In this document: in pieces, positions 12,042 through 25,076 of the stretch
Layout of the letters: the number at the start of each line of letters is the position of its first letter
Position numbering within the stretch: the first letter of the stretch is position 1
From: Felis catus
Lineage: Eukaryota
Assembly (NCBI RefSeq): GCF_018350175.1
Contig: NC_058385.1
Coordinates: 74,338,001 to 74,402,000 of the forward strand
Direction of reading: 5' to 3'
Length of the DNA stretch: 64,000 nucleotides
Notes under the pieces: model-generated
What the model was told of the DNA's origin: nothing
The model's database searches: none
Seen by the model: the letters and a program-made list of their open reading frames with translations, nothing else
Program-made: the position numbers and the translations under genes

Positions 12042-13314
12042 GAAGAACCTGATCGCAGGGAAGGGAATTCTGAAATGTGTAGCGGCTCTTGCAAGACGGG
12101 AGGTAGGATTGCCTTTCGGGAAGGATACCCGGGTGCTGTGTGGCTCGGTCGGGGGTGGGGGTGGGAAGGAGTCAAGGGAACCAGTGAAAATCTAATCGTG
12201 TCAAAAGATGTGTTAAAACTGTGTGAAAGGGTGGTGGGTCCCTTGGCAGGGGCGGATCTGAGACTAGTTTAGGCAACAGGCTGGTTGGATGTGGAGACTG
12301 ATGCAGGGGAGGAGGGTGGCTCCTAGAAGGTGAGCAGGAAGGAGGGGGCGCCATCGACCGATCTGGAAAGATGGAGGAGGTAAGTGTGGATATGGACATG
12401 GGGTGGGAGATGGGGCAGACAAGAGAGAGCGCAGAGCCATTCTTTCCGTCCCCGTGTTTCCTGCGCACCCCTGTGGAGACCGGGCAATCGTATCCGTAGT
12501 TAAAATGACCAAGGCATCATCACTTTCTCTGTGTGACTTACAGACACCTACGTGCCAATCTTAGATGTCGGTCGGGTGGTTTTCTGGATCGACCAAGGTG
12601 CTCAGTGTTCGTGTGCTGAATTTACCTGAATTCCATTGGATTGAGCTGTGTTGAAATGGGCAAAAACCGAGGATGAGATTAAGACTCGCCATATTTTCCA
12701 GGCTAGAGGTCACAGGGCTCCTTTGCCTCGAGATGAATAAAAAGTGGGTCAGAAGGTCCCATTCCCATCACAGCGCAGTGCATTCTGGGCCCCCCCCCCC
12801 AGTACAGTGTGAGATCTGTGTGCACCTGTGTGGAGCACCTGTTCTCCTCCGGGTGATGGAGGGCACCTGTGATTTTCCCTGCCGCTCCATGAAGGCAGGA
12901 CCTACTCAGCACACATCGTCAAGGTATTCTGGACCACATGAGAGTCTCACCAACTCACCCAAGTCAGAAATGGGAACTGCCGAGTGGTGAAGAAATCCCT
13001 GAGAGATTGTTGCTCTTGGGAAGAAGCAGGGGTGTGGATGTGAACTAATACTTGTTGAGGGCCCCTGATCCAAATGCAAGTACCCCTCACAGTAAAGTAC
13101 GTCATGAAGTGGTCCTTGGTTTTAGTCTTAGGTTTGAGAGCACTAAAGCACCCTTCCGCTAAGATGCGTCTCCTGCTTTTGCAGGATAAGTAAGAATCCT
13201 AATGGATGGCCTACGCTATTTTGAAAATTGTATTGACTTTATTTACTTATGTTATTGACATTTATGTTACCAAAAGCATGTATTTGTATATCTATATTTA
13301 CATCTTCCTTCCCT

Positions 13315-13448
13315 NNNNNNNNNNNNNNNNNNNNNNNNNNNNNNNNNNNNNNNNNNNNNNNNNNNNNNNNNNNNNNNNNNNNNNNNNNNNNNNNNNNNNN
13401 NNNNNNNNNNNNNNNNNNNNNNNNNNNNNNNNNNNNNNNNNNNNNNNN
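13315..13448. other. Assembly gap (134 N)
   Basis: N run. Confidence 1.
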
Positions 13449-15080
13449 AAGAGTCAGTATGCCAAATATATTTAGTGTAAAAAGACTTCAGACACAAATT
13501 CTCTAATTTCTCTTGGGACAAAGTCCCCTCGTCTGACCTTCATCATAAGCAAATGTGATCACGAAAGATGGCGGAAGCAGAACAGATCGAGCCCCTGCTC
13601 GGTGTTGGTGTTGGAGGAGTATACAGGGGGCTCCTCTGTACTGTGTAGAGTGACTTTCGCATTTTCAGAGATCCAAGTCTCTATCTTCCAGATATCATAG
13701 GTTTTAACTTGCCCAAAGTTTTATAAGTGACATCCACCCTCTGAAGAGGGCTTTGAGAGAATCATGAGTAGGTCTTCTAAGGAAACATGAAATCCCAATA
13801 TTGGGGAGCGTGAGATGTTCTAGAATCGTTATTTATTCCCAGTTTAGCAGGAAAACCAAGTGGAAGTGCAGCTCAATATTTTTGATTCACCCCCGTGGCC
13901 CAGCATGGAGTGGCCACGCCCCATGGTGGGGGCAAGCATGGTAATTCTTGGTGGGGAAGGGCTCATGACTTTAATAGCTGAATTTCCCAAATAGTTCACT
14001 GTTTAATTGAACTTCTTTAAACCTCCTTAAACACCTCTCTAAACACAAGAACAGATGTTTGCCATTTTGGAGGGGCAGAATTCTAAAATATGTTATCCTC
14101 TCTTTGGTGAGGTGATTGAAAGCATGGGGTTTGGAGCCTAGAAAGGGGTGTTTGAATTCTGGCATTGACCTCTCTGGATTTTGACCTTCACCTGGAAATT
14201 AGGGGCAAAAAATGCCAACCTATGAGGTTTAAATGAAGCAATATCTGGAAAGTGCTCCTCATAGTGTTGGGCAAATGGCAATGATGCTTAATAATAATTG
14301 GCTATAATAATATGTCGTTCTTAGTAATACTGAACAAGACGTGATCACTTCTTCATGTCTCAGACTGTGAGCCAGGTGTTTCCTGCCATGGGTGGGGTTG
14401 TCTGCCTCAGAATCTGTACTTTTTGAGCTCTTTTCTTAGCCTCTCATAACACAGGGGGATTGGCAGGGTCTTAGGGCTGAGCGGAGGCAAGAGAGGCTGC
14501 CCTGACCATCAAGGAATGGTGTGGCAAAGCCGGTCTCATCCAGGGGTGATGCCGGAGGAGTGTCGTTTGGCAGAAAAGGACACTGAATAATATTAGTAAC
14601 GAATTAAATAATGGAAGCTACCAACCATAAGGTGCACATCAAATGTTGAGGATACAGAAGAGACTTCACAGTATTCCCAGCCTCCCATCATCATCCCCAT
14701 TTTCCCCCAAGGCCAGAGCCTCAGAGGTCTGAAGTGACAGGGACGATGGACACAGCCCCAGGGTCTCCGTGGGCTTGGTTCTCTTTTGGCTAATCCCTGG
14801 TTCCTTCGGTAATATTCTGTCTCATGGTTTCCTGGCCTCTCCCCACGACCGTCTCTTTGATGCCCTGAGCCAGACACCTGGGGTCCGACCAGCTCTGGCT
14901 TTGTACCAGAGATCTGGAAGACCGCTCCACGAGGCTCTCTCTTTGAGTGCGCCTCGATGGGAAATAGAGTTCTCAGGCAAGAGGGGCCCGTGTGGGAGCG
15001 GTGAGTCAGCGTGGCCATGGCGGGTCCCCCGTGAGAACAAGCACATCGAAGCTCATGGAAATAAATATCTCCCTTTGCAG

Positions 15081-15146
15081 TTCCGGCAGCCCTGGAAGGA
15101 ACTCAGGATGCCGTTACCAGCTTCCAGCAGGTTTATCTCTGGAAAG
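15081..15146 (+). CDS. TG: Thyroglobulin exon 28 (66 nt, phase 1-1)
   Basis: ccctttgcag|TT...AAAG|gtgagc; (I)PAALEGTQDAVTSFQQVYLWK(D). Confidence 0.95.
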
Positions 15147-16984
15147 GTGAGCTGTGGATATGTGTTTGGGGGAGAGGGAGCGGGACCCTGATTACGCGAG
15201 GCTGTCTGGCCCCACCTCTCGTTCACAGGGCACTCTGCTCCCCAGAGAGACAACTGTAGAGATTTGCTTTCCAAGTGAGGGCTCTGTGTGGCATAGAAGG
15301 GTTCGGCTCTCATCAGATAAGATACCAAACCTTAGAAAGAAAAATGGAAAGTGTGGAAACCCCAGAGGGGATGGGGGAAGGAAGCATGGCTTCCTGTGAG
15401 GTCACGTTCGCTGCCCACAAGCTGCCCTTGCTACAGGATGGGAGCTCTGAGGCCCCAGCAGACTAGGGAGGCATTTCCCCAGGGGCCACGGCCACGGCCA
15501 CGCTGAGGTCAGGGTGAGGGGACAGGACACGTGGTGGTGCCTTGACCCTGCTTACAGGGAGTGCTTCTGGTAGTGCCCATTTGGCATCTCCTGACTGCTT
15601 CGTTTGCCTCCTCTGAGTTTACCCAACGTCGACCAAGTGCCTACTCAGAGCCCGGGACACGGGATGGTTCAAGACATCATGGAGGAGAGGAGTCTGAGTG
15701 AAGTAGGATGAGAGGGAGAGCTCAGGCACAGCTTTCACTGTGGGGGCTCCAGCCTCGGGCAGTGGACCCTCACAAGCCATGGCCATGGGGCTAGCGGGAG
15801 GGTGAGGACAGATCCTGCCCCTACATCACTTCCCTCCTCTTCCCTTGATCCCTCCTCACCCACGTCAGGTCCCCTTAGAGACAAGACTGTTTCTGTGCCC
15901 GCGAGCTGGGATCGTGCGAAAGAACACAGGGCATGGGGTAGAGCCCCCAGGTATGATTTCTGGTTCCGTTACCCACCACCTTGTGACCTGGTGCACATCA
16001 GTTATCCGCCCCCCAAGCCCTGGCTTCTGGTGGGCAACATGGCGGTAAGAGCTCTCGCCTTCCAGGGTCGTGTGAGCACAGCCAAGGTAGTTGCAGGTGA
16101 AGTGCGGGGAGCAGTGCCCCGTGCATCCGTGCTGCTAACTCATGCCAGTGGTGGTGAGGACGGAGGTAGGGCAGAAGGAAGAATGAGGAAGAGGAAGGAA
16201 AGGAGGGTGTCCACCATAGTCTCGTTTTAAAGTGATTTAATGAGATTATACTCTTCTGTCTCGGTCGTCCCTGTAAGGTGGCTATCTAAGGGGGTGACAT
16301 TTTATCCATTTTGCAGACAAGAAAAACAAAGCGTGGCGAGGGTCAGTGATGTGCCCCCGGGGATTGCTGGGGGTGGGACCCAGACTCTGGCTCCGAATTC
16401 AGTGCTTCCTCGTTACCTAAATTTTCTGATAAATAAGCAGCTAGCTGGTGAAGAATGAAGGAATTTCTCCCCCCTAGGACATTGGCAGCGCTGAGCAGAA
16501 GCACCCACGGGCTTGTCTAATGCCCTGTTCTCCCCATAGGCTCACTCTGCTTTCCTGGAAGACAAGTTCCCAACTTGAGGGTTTTACTTAATTTTTTCAA
16601 ATTCGAACGCACCTACTTTCCACCGGCATATTCTGGGATAAGTCCTTTCATCTCTACACAGTTCCATTTTTCGTTTCTAGAGTAAACTAGGAATCTTCCT
16701 CCTTGCCTTCATGGGGTGTGTTAAAGACCAATATTTATGAACACGTTTCATTAGCTGTGCAAGTGTTAATCATTTCAAAAGCGAGGACAGTCACGGTTTT
16801 GTTATTGAGAGGTTGGCTGTTGTTCCCTAAATGGCCAAAGGGTACAGTCCTCTGCCCCTGGATTTGTCCCAGATCCTGTCTTAGGCACCTGGCTGTGGAC
16901 CGTGAGGATTTTCCGAATTGCCACGTTGTCGATCCCTTTTTCTGCCCCAACATAAGGACAGCAATACTTTCTTTTTACTCCTAG

Positions 16985-17065
16985 ATTCTGACATGGGGTC
17001 TCGGTCTGAGTCTATGGGATGCAGAAAAGACACGGAACCAGGGCCAACGTCTCCAACAGAACCAG
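16985..17065 (+). CDS. TG: Thyroglobulin exon 29 (81 nt, phase 1-1)
   Basis: tttttactcctag|AT...CCAG|gtactg; (D)SDMGSRSESMGCRKDTEPGPTSPTEP(D). Confidence 0.96.
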
Positions 17066-18074
17066 GTACTGGCCCCGAAACCTTTTATATACTTGGTGTG
17101 TGGCTGGAGTCAAGATGGCGAGGCCAAGGGTCTAGTCAGCGGATGGACTTATTAGCATCGCTCTGTTATGTAGCCATGGACTGCCCTCTTAGCTTTTAAC
17201 CCCAGTTATTCATTCCGCAAATATGGACAGCCATTCAGAGGCGCCATTGGCACAGAAAGCAAAGTGAGATCATGGCCAAGTCAACAGTCCTACTGGAAAA
17301 CAAAACAACGCTCATCCCAACACCGGCAAACATCGATTAAAGGGCAAGTTTCATCTGACTGTGGTCAGTGAGTGTGAGCAAAAGGTACCTATTCTGGAAT
17401 TGTGCAGTGAGTGGGATTTCTAGAGAGTCTTTTGAGAAAGGGTCATTTTGCGCAGCGGACGATAGAAATCCATCCATCAATAGGGACAGAATGTATGTGC
17501 GGTCTCAGACGCTATCCCTCGCTGCTGCAATTGTTGTTTCTTAGGTGGGGCTAAAACTCAGGGTGGAAGCCAGAAGGAGGAAAGAGGGGAGGGGAAGGAG
17601 GAGGAGGAGGAGGAAGAGAAAGGACGGGAAGGGAAGGGAGAGGAGAGGCAGGTTAGTCTACTGGCACAGGGGAGACAGCATGGCCCAAAGAAGGGAACAC
17701 CACATTGCAAAGCAGATAGATTAGGGCTTGAGCCTTTTTTTTTTTTTTTTTTTTTTTTTGGCCACTTACTGCTAACTCCACGGCCATGGGTACTTTGCTC
17801 ACCCGATAAGAGCCTTGATTCATCATGTGGAGAATGTACCTTGCTTTCCGCTAATCCCATCATAGATGACATGGCAGTTAAAGCCCCTGGCATATCGCCT
17901 GGTGCTTAACAGATGCCATCAAATTCATAGCCTCTTCCTCTCTCTACCCAGGGCTTTTGTCCAGATCCAATGAGATAATGTACAGAAACCACCAGCAATA
18001 GGGCTCATCCCATAGAAGTTGGGCCATTATGAGTTCATTCCGCATCCCTAAGAGTTGCAGGACCCAAGGGTGGA

Positions 18075-18305
18075 GCCCTGGTTTAAACTGCAGGTTCTCA
18101 GCCCCGGAGAGCAGGGTTCAAACCCCACCTCTGCCTCTATCTGCCTGTGCAACCCTCAGTCACCTTCCCTGAGCCTCGGTTTCCCCTTCAATAAATGAGA
18201 GAGGGAGCGGTACCCATAAGGCGGGGCAAGTGTGGGAATGGGAGCAAGTAATACCGAACTTGCAGTGGCGCAGAGCAGGTGCTGAAGAATTAGTGGCTGT
18301 TGTTA
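18075..18305 (+). mobile_element. MIR
   Basis: gggttcaaaccccacctctgcc...cttccctgagcctcggtttcc. Confidence 0.6.
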
Positions 18306-20460
18306 GGTGGTGGCAGTGATATCGGTGATGATGATCCAGCAAGAAGCCTGGCTCCTAGCAAGCCTTCCTCAAAGTTCTGTCCTCAGGCCTCTCTGTTCCT
18401 GTAACTGCACATCAGACAGCAGATCCCAGTTCAGGATGGAAACTAGGGTCAGAGGACATATTCCTGTCCGATGCTGTTAGCAGTGATGTCTTCTGAACCT
18501 TCAGAGGTTTTCCAGTGGAGGCTTTAATTTTGCCGGCAGGGTGGTGGGAGTGGGGGGCGGGGGCGGGCGCCTGTGCAGGAGGCCGTCCCTCCTTTGATCT
18601 CATCAAGCTCCCTCTCAAGCATTTGGCCGGCCTCGTGTCTTCTGCACCATGGCCTAGACCTTCACCTTTCTGATCTTTGCCCCAGCGTATTGGCAAATGC
18701 GTTCTGCCCTTCAGAGCCTCCCAAACACGAGGCTGGTGTTCAAGTTTATCTGCTGCCGGCCATTGTCTTCTGGCTGAAGCAAGGGTGAGTTCAAAACTCA
18801 CGAGGGAGGGAGGCAGAAGAGAGCAAACCCCTTTCCTGAGCCTCCTGGTGGCGGGCCCTGCACTTGGTATTTTGTGTGTATCTCTTCTCGCAAAACTTAG
18901 GACAATTCTGCCGACTGGTATCGTTGTTCCTGCTTTATCAGAGCGATATGAGACTCCGATGCCTCGGTATCCCCTGTCAAAAGCCAGTCCAGCCCGAAGC
19001 AAGCAGCGGTGCCAGGTTTCAGACTGTTGCTCAGCTGCCTCCAAAGCCTGGGTTCTTCTAGATCACCGGCCACTCCTTGGCTCAGACGGTGTCTGCTCCG
19101 GGGCTGAGTCCTGGTGGCCCCCTGGCTAACTGAGCAGACGGGGTTTGGTTTGATTTGCAGAGCGAAATTTCTTATTTTCTTATTTTTTTTAACTGAGCCA
19201 GTAATTTTAAATTGGGAGATTTTATATAAAAATTCAGATTTCAAGCTTCTTGGGAGAAAAACAGAGGAAAAAGCTCTGGCAATACAGGCTTCAAATTTCC
19301 GCCTGGCGACCGTCCCCCGAGCGGAGTTGAGCTGCCCCTGACATCAGGGGCATGGCTCTCCCATTTGCGGCAGTCCCCGCCCTGCGCTGGGTGCTCGTAC
19401 TGGCCCCTGCTGGTCCTGGGCCGCTTGTGTTAGCCGATTCCCCCCCAGCCTTCGTGGTGCCGCGGGGGTCCTCGGGGCAATGAACAGGTGAATGACTTTG
19501 GGGCAATTCTGGACGTTTTGTAAAATCCATCATTATACACTATGTCAGGCCATATCTCTAAAACTATCACATGGCTCCCACAGGAAGGACCCATCCCCCC
19601 CCCCCCGCCCCCTCCCCACCTCCCCACCTCCTGCCTCCAGAAAGGGAGCTGGGCCCCTGCCCAAGACCTTGGAGGGATCCAGGCTGAATGGACCCAGCTC
19701 AGCTCGGTTTTCCCTTTCTGACTGATTACATTCCTGGGCTGAGGAAGATAACACCCCTGCAGGAGGGGCCCCTTTGATCTGCTCCTCTGCAGCCCGGCCA
19801 GTGCCATTTCCGTGGCTTGTTTACCTGGCCCGTGTCCCCAAGAATGGCCTCCCCGATTCAAAGCACAGGGAGCACTTGTCCCCTTTCTGCTCCAGTGTTA
19901 CTTCAGTGAGTCTGAGTGTTTGGGACACACACAGGGAAACCAGCAAGAGCAACCTCCTGTCTGGCAAGGCCTGTACCGGCCTCCTTGCCTCCCGGGGGAG
20001 TGCGAACAAGAAGGCAAGGAATTCTTCCGAATAATGCCACGTAAACCAAGTACAAACTGTGGGCTATGTATTCATTCTACCGCCCACCAGACATTTTTTG
20101 AGCACAAGTGCCGTGCCCTCGGATATTCGCAGGCTAGCGAGGATTGCCCCCGTGCCAGCCATGGCATGACAGCGTGGCAAAGGCTACAATGGGGACAGGT
20201 GTCGAGTGTGGTGGGGATGCGGGGGTAGGAGGAGGCTAAGCGGCCTGAAGGGGTCAGAAAGTCTTCTCAGAGGAGCCTGGGAGGATCCCCCAGGCATTTC
20301 CAGCCTCTGTGCAAAGGCTCTGAGGGCAAAGTGATTGAAGGGACTTCAACTTTGTCCTCAGACCTGGTGTGTTCTTTTTTTTTCTTTCTTCCTCTGCTGT
20401 CTTAACAAGTGATATCACGGGGCAGGCCTGCAAACTGCCCATTGTACAGTAAGACAGCTT

Positions 20461-20679
20461 TGTTTTCTAAAAAATGTTTATTCATTTTTGAGAGAGAAAC
20501 AGAGAGACAGAGTGTGAGCGAGGGAGGGGCAGAGAGAGAGGGAGACACAGGATCCGAAGCAGGCTCCAGGTTCTGAGCTGTCAGCCCAGAGCACAATGGG
20601 AGGCTCGAACCCACAAACCATGAGATCATGACCTGAGCTGAAGTCAGACGCCTAACCGACGGAGCCACCCAGGCACCCC
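20461..20679 (-). mobile_element. Carnivore SINE
   Basis: atgtttattcatttttgagag...ggagccacccaggcacccc. Confidence 0.9.
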
Positions 20680-21779
20680 ATTTTTTAAGAGAGCTTTTTT
20701 TCCCCATTGTACAATAATATTAAGTTCAAGAACCCAGAAGGCTGGGGAGGCACAGAGAAGGGCGACATTGTCTCTGGGGTCTCTGCCAGGGCTAAACTTC
20801 TGGCCTTGGCAGATGTGAGTAAAGATGTCATCTCCGTTGCTGGTTTTTGTTGGTGAGAAAGTTCAGTCTTCATGAGCCTGCTCTATGAAGCATGGAAAGT
20901 GGGCCTCTGGAAGGATGCTCAAGTCCAAGGCAAATGGGGGTCCATACGGATGTGATGCCAGATCCCTGGGCTAAGGGACATTGTAAATGGGCCCCACCTC
21001 ATCCCCATGAACTGCTTCATGCCCCCAGGTAAGCGCCTATGCAAAGTCAGACCTCTCGTGAAGGGAACATCAGGCCCCTCAGCACTGGGGAGCCTCTTTA
21101 GGGTGCTACAGCACATCAAGGCAGGAGGGAACAGCATTGGTCCTTGAAGCACAGGAGGACTAGGTAGGTGAGGAAGAGGGGTGAGCACAGTCAACAGTCC
21201 TGGGGCAGCAAGCGATGTGACTGTGCTCCTGGAGCATGAGTCGAGGCAACTGCAGATAAAGCTTAAAACGCAAGTAGAGCCTGGACCAAGAAGAAGGCTG
21301 CACTTCTGTCCCGTGGGCGGCAGGGCACCCAGAAAGATCCCGAAGCCAGCGATCATGGTGAGGATACGAGGAACGACTAAGGGTTAGCAAAGCTGCAGCT
21401 TGCGGTGTGGGGCCGGGCAGAGCTGTCTTCACAAATGTAGGCTGCCATCTGGGAGAGAGACAGCACTTCTGCGTGGCTTCAAAAGACAGGAGCATCAGTG
21501 GCTCAAAGTGACCAATTGGACTCCACGAGTCCCCAGTGGTGGAGTGGCCTGCTATGGTCAGCACGGACGTGTCACACAGGGCTGCAGGGGCACCGGCCAG
21601 AAATACCATGGGGGAATAGTCCTGCCTTGGGTGCAAAGTTGAACCAGATGGCTCCCAAGGTGTCTTCCAAACTAAGATTCGAAGATTTTGCAACTCTATA
21701 ATTTTAGGACTTTCTGAAAGCTTCCGACCCCTTCCTGCCTGGCTAGACTCCCAGCCCTATTGCCTCCAGACCTGTTCTG

Positions 21780-22041
21780 NNNNNNNNNNNNNNNNNNNNN
21801 NNNNNNNNNNNNNNNNNNNNNNNNNNNNNNNNNNNNNNNNNNNNNNNNNNNNNNNNNNNNNNNNNNNNNNNNNNNNNNNNNNNNNNNNNNNNNNNNNNNN
21901 NNNNNNNNNNNNNNNNNNNNNNNNNNNNNNNNNNNNNNNNNNNNNNNNNNNNNNNNNNNNNNNNNNNNNNNNNNNNNNNNNNNNNNNNNNNNNNNNNNNN
22001 NNNNNNNNNNNNNNNNNNNNNNNNNNNNNNNNNNNNNNNNN
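21780..22041. other. Assembly gap (262 N), ending 31 nt before exon 30
   Basis: N run. Confidence 1.
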
Positions 22042-22072
22042 AAAGGAAGTTGACCCTCTCCTTCTTTTTCAG

Positions 22073-22210
22073 ATTTGACAACAGAACTTTTCTTCCCCGT
22101 GGACCTTAACCAGGTGGTTGTCAATGGAAGCCTATCCCTGCCCAACCAGCAGCACTGGCTTTTCAAACACCTGTTTTCCCCTCAGCAGGCAAACCTGTGG
22201 TGCCTGTCTC
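22073..22210 (+). CDS. TG: Thyroglobulin exon 30 (138 nt, phase 1-1)
   Basis: cttctttttcag|AT...TCTC|gtaagt; (D)LTTELFFPVDLNQVVVNGSLSLPNQQHWLFKHLFSPQQANLWCLS(R). Confidence 0.97.
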
Positions 22211-23037
22211 GTAAGTATCCTTAGAACACATCCTTCCTCTTCTGGATCCTCTGGTCAGGCAACACAGACCTACTTTAACGACTCTTGAGAAATAGATAGG
22301 ATGAGACTCAATGGCATAACTCAGGAATCACTTCAGTGTTAGTACCAGGGGTGATACAAAAGAAAGACAGGACATAACCCATCGATTCAAGAAGCTTATA
22401 GTAGAGATAATCTCTACTCTACTCCCAGAACCTATCATCCATCCATCCATCCGCCCACCCATCCACCCATCCTTTACCCAATAGGCATGTGCTGTGTTTA
22501 GCATGTGCTATGTTCTAAGCCTTGCATTTGACCTTGGGGATGAGAAAACAAAAGAAGATGAGTAAACTATAATCCATCCTTGTGAAAAAACTGTATGATC
22601 TCACCTCTACCAGTGGGAGAGTCAGACATGGGAGTGGAACAGGGGAGATCATTCACAGAGTTCACAGAAGTTTTATAGTCCCATGGCCTCAGGTCTGAAG
22701 ATCCCAACTGCCTCTGAGATGGTCCTGGGTAAAGATCCAGTGGAATTTTGCTCTCTCTTCCCCTGTATTTCTGAGCTCACAGCTCACTCTTCACCTTCTT
22801 AGATTCTGCTTTCATTCAGAGTCACATGGACTCCCTGTTTGGTGCACAATCCTCTCCCCAGCTAGCAGAACTCTAGTATTTTCTCTTGGGCCTTTCAGAA
22901 TGGATATTCTCAACGGTCCTGGGCCTCTGTCCTCCAAGGAAGAATCTCTTCCCGGCATTTCTTCCCAGTAGATCCTGTAGAGGTTACTTTCCCTCAGGCC
23001 TCCCAAGGACCAAAACCCACTGCCCTCTTGCCTGCAG

Positions 23038-23214
23038 GCTGTATCCAGGAGCCCTCTTTCTGTCAGCTGGCGGAGATAACAGACAGTACACCCTTGTACT
23101 TCACCTGCACCCTCTACCCAGAGGCCCAAGTGTGTGACGATGTCATGGAGCCCAATCCCAAAGGCTGCAGACTATTCCTGCCCCACCAGCCAAAGACCCT
23201 GTTCCGGAAGAAAG
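23038..23214 (+). CDS. TG: Thyroglobulin exon 31 (177 nt, phase 1-1)
   Basis: ttgcctgcag|GC...AAAG|gtgggt; (R)CIQEPSFCQLAEITDSTPLYFTCTLYPEAQVCDDVMEPNPKGCRLFLPHQPKTLFRKK(V). Confidence 0.97.
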
Positions 23215-23449
23215 GTGGGTGCTTCGTGGGATTTGCGCAAATGGCATTTCCAGTGGGCTACTGGCTCCTTGGTTTTAGAAATATCCACATTACCTGATTC
23301 TTCTTTTTGAAATTAAGGTTACTCACGCTCCTTGTAACAATGCGACACCATTTAGAAACGCATCAAGTTGACCATAGAGAATAATCCTGTTCTGCAATCG
23401 TACTCCTTAGAGAAAGCCACCATTAATGCACCTATCAGTTCAAATTCCA

Positions 23450-23520
23450 TTCGGCTATCTGTTACGGAAAATCCCAACAGTGGCTTTCACAAGATAGAAG
23501 TTGATTTTTCTCTCTGAGGA
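23450..23520 (-). mobile_element. Old MaLR LTR fragment
   Basis: gctatctgttacggaaaatcccaacagtggctttcacaagatagaagtt. Confidence 0.4.
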
Positions 23521-23732
23521 CATTAATGCCACTTTTTTTTTTTTTTTTATGGAGTGTTTTTCCCCTGCACAGTCTCCATTTCTTCTGGGATATTATCATG
23601 CTTTGTTTACTGTTCTATGTGTGCTGGAGTTCTTTCTCAGATATCTGGTGACCCTCGGTTTTACATTCACATGTAAGAGAGGGGCCCAGAAACTGATTGG
23701 GAAGCTCAAAGTATGTGGTGAGAGCTCGCTGC

Positions 23733-23809
23733 CCATGTCTAAAAACCGTGGCTAAGTTACTGACGCTAAACACAAAATTTAGCCATGCTCGTCCAGGCAT
23801 CTGACACAA
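23733..23809 (+). repeat. 77-bp direct repeat, copy 1 (intron 31)
   Basis: 71/77 identical to 25077-25153. Confidence 0.95.
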
Positions 23810-24378
23810 TCCTACAGGTTTCCCTGTAGGATAATCTAGTTGGGCCACCCTTTGGGGGGATCCCTCAGGTCTTTATTTATGGGTCCTTCCCATGAAGGAG
23901 TCTTGTAACACCTGGCCTGAGGCCATGAGCCTGACTGCTGTTGGTTTGGATGCCAAATAAGGTTGGAAGATGAGAGTCTCAATCGTCACCATGTAGGTGG
24001 ATCTGAAAGAATCCCCTAGTTTCAGTGTGGGATTCCCACCACGAACGCCACCTGGTGCATCGAAGAGATCCCCTCTATTTTGTTCTTTTCGGAGAATAAG
24101 CCTTCTATCTTCTGCAGTGGGGAGAAGGCACTTGTCTCCCGTGCAGAAGCGGGGAAGCCGTCCGGAGACCTAACTGCTTCTTCTAGAGATTTCCGGCCTA
24201 TCCTGGTTCAGGCCACCTTCATCCCAGTGATGTCAATACTTAAACTTTTGGGGATTCCAGAAGGTGTATAGGGTATCTGGTTCTTCCCACAGGAAAGTTG
24301 AGGATTCAGCTTTCTTAGCTCCTGTGTGTGCTCTCTAGCTCCCAGAATTGTTGCTGTATCCCTTCTATTCTTTGCAAG

Positions 24379-24602
24379 TTTTTTTTTAATGTTTATTTTT
24401 GAGAGAGAAAGAAAGACAGCAACAGAGCACAAGTCGGGGTGTGGGGGGAGGGCAGAGAGAGAGGGAGACACAGAATCTGAAGCAGGCTCCAGGCTCCGAG
24501 GCATCAGCACAGAGCCCGACGCGGGGCTCGAACTCACGAACTGCGAGATCATGACCTGAGCGGAAGTCGGACGCTCAGCTGACTGAGCCACCCGGGCGCC
24601 CC
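24379..24602 (-). mobile_element. Carnivore SINE in intron 31
   Basis: T tail...gactgagccacccgggcgcccc. Confidence 0.9.
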
Positions 24603-24823
24603 ATCCTATTCTCTTTACTCTTGTGTGTGGGAGCCTTTACAAGAATCCCCTCACTGTCATTTTAGTGAGATTTGTGATAAGAACAGAGAGTAAGCATGTG
24701 AGTTTAATATGCCATCTTTAATTGGAAACTCTCGATCTGTTGTATCTACCCTAATCTTCATATTTCTTAGATACAACAAATCTCTATCTAAATAATACAT
24801 AATTTCTTTCTTCCCCTGTGTAG

Positions 24824-24935
24824 TTATACTGCAAGATAAAGTGAAGAACTTTTATACTCGCCTGCCGTTCCAAAAACTGACGGGGATTTCCATTAGAAAC
24901 AAAGTGCCCATGTCTGAAAAATCCATTTCCAATGG
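24824..24935 (+). CDS. TG: Thyroglobulin exon 32 (112 nt, phase 1-2)
   Basis: cccctgtgtag|TT...ATGG|gtaagc; (V)ILQDKVKNFYTRLPFQKLTGISIRNKVPMSEKSISN(G). Confidence 0.97.
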
Positions 24936-25076
24936 GTAAGCTACTTCTGTCCTCTCAAATCTTTATTGTTAAGACTTTTCTGCTTCCATAAGAAGGTGAC
25001 TTAATATCAACTAAAGGCACATACATAAGAAACTGTAAAACCCAACGCAAAGAGTGGAAAGGTAATGAGGAGGTGA

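Larger units (their letters stand above)
11520..12480 (-). mobile_element. Degenerate LINE-2 fragment interrupted by SINEs
   Basis: gaggaggggtacataacccagcc and gaagggaattctg... are L2-like blocks on either side of the SINE dimer. Confidence 0.5.

Noticed and set aside
18412-19044. 210-aa minus-strand ORF; likewise 4544-5143, 31702-32289, 30327-30905 and 59477-60070
   Set aside because: No recognisable homology and no supporting splice structure; the lengths are compatible with chance in GC-rich intron.
17566-19640. Polypurine tract (17566-17655) and G-run/C-run clusters (about 18540-18570 and 19590-19615) with triplex or G4 potential
   Set aside because: Common in GC-rich mammalian introns; nothing links them to function.
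20438-20717. cccattgtaca(g/a)taa and aaga(c/g)agcttt repeated around the SINE at 20461
   Set aside because: The two short motifs are in swapped order, so they are not a clean TSD; too short to interpret.
21780-22072. Concern that the gap hides or damages the exon 30 acceptor
   Set aside because: A branch-point-like ttgAc (A at 22053), a pyrimidine tract and the AG are all present in the 31 visible nt.
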